Positions 60,101 through 64,000 of a stretch of 64,000 nucleotides of DNA are shown here, piece by piece. Source of the DNA: Cenarchaeum sp. (GTDB taxonomy: Archaea; Thermoproteota; Nitrososphaeria; Nitrososphaerales; Nitrosopumilaceae). Under the pieces are notes generated by a model. It had not been told where the DNA came from. It worked only from the letters and a program-made list of their open reading frames with translations, and did not search any database. Numbering within the stretch: the first letter of the stretch is position 1; the number at the start of each line of letters is the position of its first letter. A program made the position numbers and the translations under genes. The stretch is taken from positions 896,001-960,000 of the forward strand of contig OY843768.1 of assembly GCA_963693095.2 (NCBI GenBank), in the 5' to 3' direction.

Positions 60101-63100
60101 GGCGTCATATGGCTCTAGCGCATGGCGTGTCGTCTTGTTTGAGCCAAGCCATTCCAGCGTCTTTACGAACGACTCGGCGAGCTCGGGGGTCGTGAGAACG
60201 GGTATTCCAAGCTCGGTTGCCTTGCGGCGTATCTGGTACTCGTCATAGAGCATGCCGACATACTTTTCCATCGTCGACGTGCTGGGGATGTTTATGATAA
60301 AGCTGATCTTGCGCTCATAAAGAAGATCCGCTATGTTGGGCTTGCGGTCAGGCTCGCTTATCTTGTGAACGGTTCCGACGTCACTCATGCGCCCGCGCAA
60401 AAACTCGGCAGTGTGCTCTGTTGCGAGTATGTCAAATCCAAGGTCCCCGAGGCGCGCGATCGTGCGCATGAGGCGCTCACGGTTTCGCTCGCCGCCGATC
60501 GTGACGAGTGCCGTGCCCGAGGCAGGCAGGTTGTATCCCACCGACGTGAGCGCCTTTGAGAGCGCGTCATAAAAGCTCGTCCCAAAGCATGCGGCCTCGC
60601 CAGTCGACTGCATCTCGACGCCGAGCACAATGTCGGCCCCGTCAAGCTGCATAAAGGAGAACTGGGGGACCTTTATCCCGTGCGTGTTGGCAGGCACGCC
60701 TGCGCCGGGGAGCGACTCGGGCACTCGGTTTCCGAGTATCGCCGAGGCGGCCATCTCGATGAGGTTGGTCCTTGTGAGCTTTGAGACAAACGGCATGGAG
60801 CGCGACGCGCGGATGTTGAGCTCGATCACATAGGGCACTCCCTCGTGTATGAGGAACTGGAGGTTGAACGGGCCGCGCACGTTAAACTCTGGAATGATGC
60901 TGCGCGTATAGCCCTCGATCGCCTCGATCGTGCTGGATCCCAGACGCCATGGCGGTATGCACATCATTGCGTCACCCGAGTGGACTCCCGCACTGTCAAT
61001 GTGCTCGACTATGGCGCCTATAAAGACGCGCTCGCCGTCACACACGCCATCAACGTCGACCTCCAGGGAGTTGAGCATGAACTTTGATATGACGACAGGG
61101 TGGTCCGGTGAGAGCGTCGTGGCGTCGCGTATGTAGGAGCTCAGCTCGCCCTGCGACCAGACAACCCTCATCGCCGCGCCGCTAAGCACGTACGACGGAC
61201 GGACAATTACGGGGTACCCGACGCGCTGCGCAAACGTGCGCGCCGCGTCCATGCTCGAGAACGCCTCCCAGGGCGGCTGCTTTATGTGGAGCGAGTCAAG
61301 TATGCCGCTAAACGTCGAGCGGTTCTCGGCCCTGTCAATGTCGGCGGCTGCCGTGCCGAGGATGCGCACGCCGTGCTCGGCGAGGCTTGGAGTCAGGTTG
61401 TTTGCGGTCTGTCCGCCAACGCAGGTGACCGTGCCGCGCGGTGACTCAAAGTCCGATATGTCAAGTATTCGCTCAAGCGTGAGCTCCTCAAAGTAGAGAC
61501 GGTTGCAGATGTCATAGTCAGTAGACACCGTCTCGGGGTTGCAGTTGACTAGCGCGATCTCGGTGTCTGGCTGCGCAAGGCCCCAGACCATGTTTACCGT
61601 GCCCCAGTCAAACTCGACGCTGCTGCCGATGCGGTAAGGGCCGGCACCCAATATGACCATGCTTGAGGAATTGCGCGGCGGCTCTATGTCATCGGAGTCA
61701 CCACCGTACGTCATGTAGAGATAGTTGGTCTGCGCAGGCCATTCTGCGGCAAGCGTGTCTATCTGCTTTACGCGCGGCACGATTCCCATGCGCTTTCTCT
61801 CCTCACGGACGCCGTCAGGGGGCATGCCCTTTGCGCGCGCGACCTGCGCATCAGAGAATCCAAGGCGCTTTGCGTGCCGAAGGGACTTGGCCTCAAGGGG
61901 GCCGCGCCCAAGGCCACCGGCAACGCCGACGATGTTGCGGACCTTTTCGACAAACCACTCGTCGATATATGACAGGCGCGTTATCTTTTCAGTGTCCATT
62001 CCGGCAGCGATTGCGCGCGCGACCCAGTAGAGTATCATGTCATCAGGCCTGCGCAGGGCGTGCTCTATGGCCTCCTCGTCAGCAGACGTCACGTCGTTGC
62101 GGTTTAGGACGAGGCCGTCAAGTCCCGTGTCGAGCATGCGTATGGACTTTTGGAGCGCCTCCTCAAACGTGCGCCCTATGCCCATGACCTCGCCGACTGA
62201 CTTCATCGTGGGGCCCAGGGTGCGCTCGGCCAGCTCGAACTTTGCAAAGTCCCAGCGCGGGTGCTTGCAGACGACATAGTCAAGCGAGGGCTCAAAGCAT
62301 GCAGTAGTCGACTTTGTTATGCGGTTTGCAAGCTCGGGCAGCGAGTACCCAAGGCCAATCTTGGCTGACATGTACGCCAGAGGGTATCCCGTGGCCTTGC
62401 TCGCAAGGGCCGATGAGCGCGACAGGCGCGGGTTTACCTCAATGGCCGCATGGCGTCCCGTGCGCGGATCGAGTGCAAACTGGATATTACACTCACCGAT
62501 GATCCCCACATGCGACGTCGCGCGCAGTGACGCAGACCGGAGCGTGTGGTACTCGGTGTTGTCTATGGTCTGTGACGGCGCAACCACAATGTTGTCGCCG
62601 GTGTGGACCCGCATCGAGAGGACATTCTCCATGTTGCACACGATGACGCTGTTCTTGAGGGAGTCTCGCATGACCTCGTACTCGATCTGCTTCCAGTCCC
62701 CGACGTACTCTTCTATGAGAACCTGCCCGACGAGGCTTGCAGTCATCCCGCGGCCCACGGTCTCGTGGAGCTCGATCTCGTTGCGCGCGACGCCGCCGCC
62801 CTTGCCGCCAAGCGTGTATGCCACGCGCACGATAACCGGATAGCCGATCTCGGCGGCGGCCTCGTGCGCTGCCTCAAACGTCGTGACCGTGCGGCTGCGC
62901 AGCATGGGCACGCCGCACTCGCGCATCGACTCCTTGAAGAGGCGCCGGTCCTCGGTTCTGCGTATCCCGTCGACCTGCGTGCCGAGGACCCGAACCGAGT
63001 ACTTTGAGAGGACCCCGGACTCGTCGAGGCCAACGCCGCAGTTGAGCGAGGTCTGCCCGCCGTAGGCGAGCATGAGCGCATCGGGCCTCTCGGACTCTAT

Positions 63101-63351
63101 TATCGACGTCACGTACTCGGCGTTTACCGGAAGGAGGTACACGCGATCCGCAAAGCGCGTGTCAGTCTGTATGGTCGCCACGTTTGGGTTGACAAGGACG
63201 CTCTTTACGCCCTCCTCCCTGATCGCCTTTAGGCACTGGCTTCCGGAGTAGTCGAATTGGCGGCCGTTTTGCGGCTCTCGCCGGCTTCTCCGATCTTTAT
63301 TGCCCCGCTTCCGAGGACCAGTATCTTTCGCGGCGTCTCTCGCCTAGCCAG
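60074..63351 (-). CDS. carB: Carbamoyl-phosphate synthase large subunit in two exons (63351-63277 and 63256-60074), about 1085 aa if spliced
   Basis: Exon 1 reads ...KILVLGSGAIKIGEAGE. Exon 2 reads FDYSGSQCLKA...VNPNVATIQTD and is in frame with the 1035-aa ORF, which has both ATP-grasp halves and the MGS domain. Confidence 0.93.
63257..63276 (-). other. Candidate 20-nt BHB-type mRNA intron in carB
   Basis: Sense sequence GGCG-AG^A-GCCG-CAAAA-CGGC-CGCC-AA^T. Excision at the marked sites gives GGC GAG TTC GAC TAC (GEFDY). Confidence 0.8.
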
Positions 63352-64000
63352 GTGTTACCTCCCCCATAAGGCGCGAGAGTTCGTCAAAGACAAAACCGCA
63401 GTCATAGGGTCCCGGTGACGCCTCGGGGTGAAACTGCACCGCAATGCATTTTCCTCCCGAGTGCCTGATGCCCTCAACGGTCTTGTCATCGGTATTGGTG
63501 AACCACAGGTCAAACTCCGAGCCCTCCAGCGACTCGGGATCTATGCAGTATCCGTGGTTTTGGCTCGTGACGTACACGTTGCCCGTGTTCACGTCAAGGC
63601 ACGGCTTGTTCTGCCCACGGTGGCCGTACCTCATCTTGTACGTGCTCGCGCCGCCGGCCAGCGCTATAATCTGGGCGCCAAGGCATATGCCAAGCGTCGG
63701 TATTCCACGCGAGACGAGTTCGCGAACCGCATCAACTGCCTGTGGACAGTGCTGCGGGTCGCCCGGACCGTTGCTTATTATCACGCCGGCCGGATCGTGC
63801 TCCAGTATGCGCGATGCCGGCGTGTCCCATGGCACGACGACTGCGCGAAAGCCCATGCGGCAGACATTGCGCAGTATGGCGTTCTTTACTCCCGTGTCAA
63901 CGATGACGACTGTCCGGCCCTTGCCGTATGAGACCTCGCGTGTCGTGGAGACTGACTCGACGAGCCGCTCAGACGCATAGTCGTGGCCCCCGATGGAGCG
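63344..64000 (-). CDS. carA: Carbamoyl-phosphate synthase small subunit, 5' end outside window
   Basis: SNGPGDP, GICLG, GHRGQN, SQNHGY and QFHPEASPGP. The frame continues to the window edge. Confidence 0.97.
   Translation of the reverse strand, partial: RSIGGHDYASERLVESVSTTREVSYGKGRTVVIVDTGVKNAILRNVCRMGFRAVVVPWDTPASRILEHDPAGVIISNGPGDPQHCPQAVDAVRELVSRGIPTLGICLGAQIIALAGGASTYKMRYGHRGQNKPCLDVNTGNVYVTSQNHGYCIDPESLEGSEFDLWFTNTDDKTVEGIRHSGGKCIAVQFHPEASPGPYDCGFVFDELSRLMGEVTPG

Noticed and set aside
1272-62843. Many long antisense or alternate-frame ORFs (e.g. 1272-2171, 24277-25500, 30723-31931, 52139-53131)
   Set aside because: They are shadow ORFs of GC-rich genes, overlap well-supported CDSs and have no recognisable motifs.
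63262-63274. -1 ribosomal frameshift at CGC AAA A as the way to express carB
   Set aside because: It is not a canonical slippery heptamer and would insert 7 aa into a conserved motif, whereas BHB excision restores the motif exactly. It is kept only as the alternative to test.

Overview
This is a GC-rich archaeal window. Gene content and protein sequences point to Nitrososphaerota (Thaumarchaeota, Nitrosopumilaceae/Cenarchaeum-like); a symbiont lifestyle is only an inference. Most genes are housekeeping: aIF6, ferredoxin, tRNA-Ser, rfcS-GINS-MCM-Hel308-aglH, rpoP-rps10-EF1A, FBP aldolase/phosphatase, DNA ligase, endA, TBP, cofGH, ilvD/ilvE, aRF1, cbtBA, a DHS-family gene, rps25e, rpoK, menA, sufBD-Rieske-sufS-iscU, hemL-hemC-cobA-hemD, atpF and carAB. 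Accessory inserts are two YwgA/Panacea(SocA)-like islands, a surface-protein remnant, an Mrr-type nuclease split by an intact IS630, and a nuclease-less HNH-associated domain coupled to a TPR gene. The top finding is in carB: a 20-nt insertion (63257-63276) breaks the conserved G-E-F-D-Y motif. It folds as a relaxed bulge-helix-bulge, and its canonical EndA cut sites restore the reading frame exactly, so it is a candidate tRNA-type intron in an mRNA other than cbf5. All calls were made by eye, without database searches.
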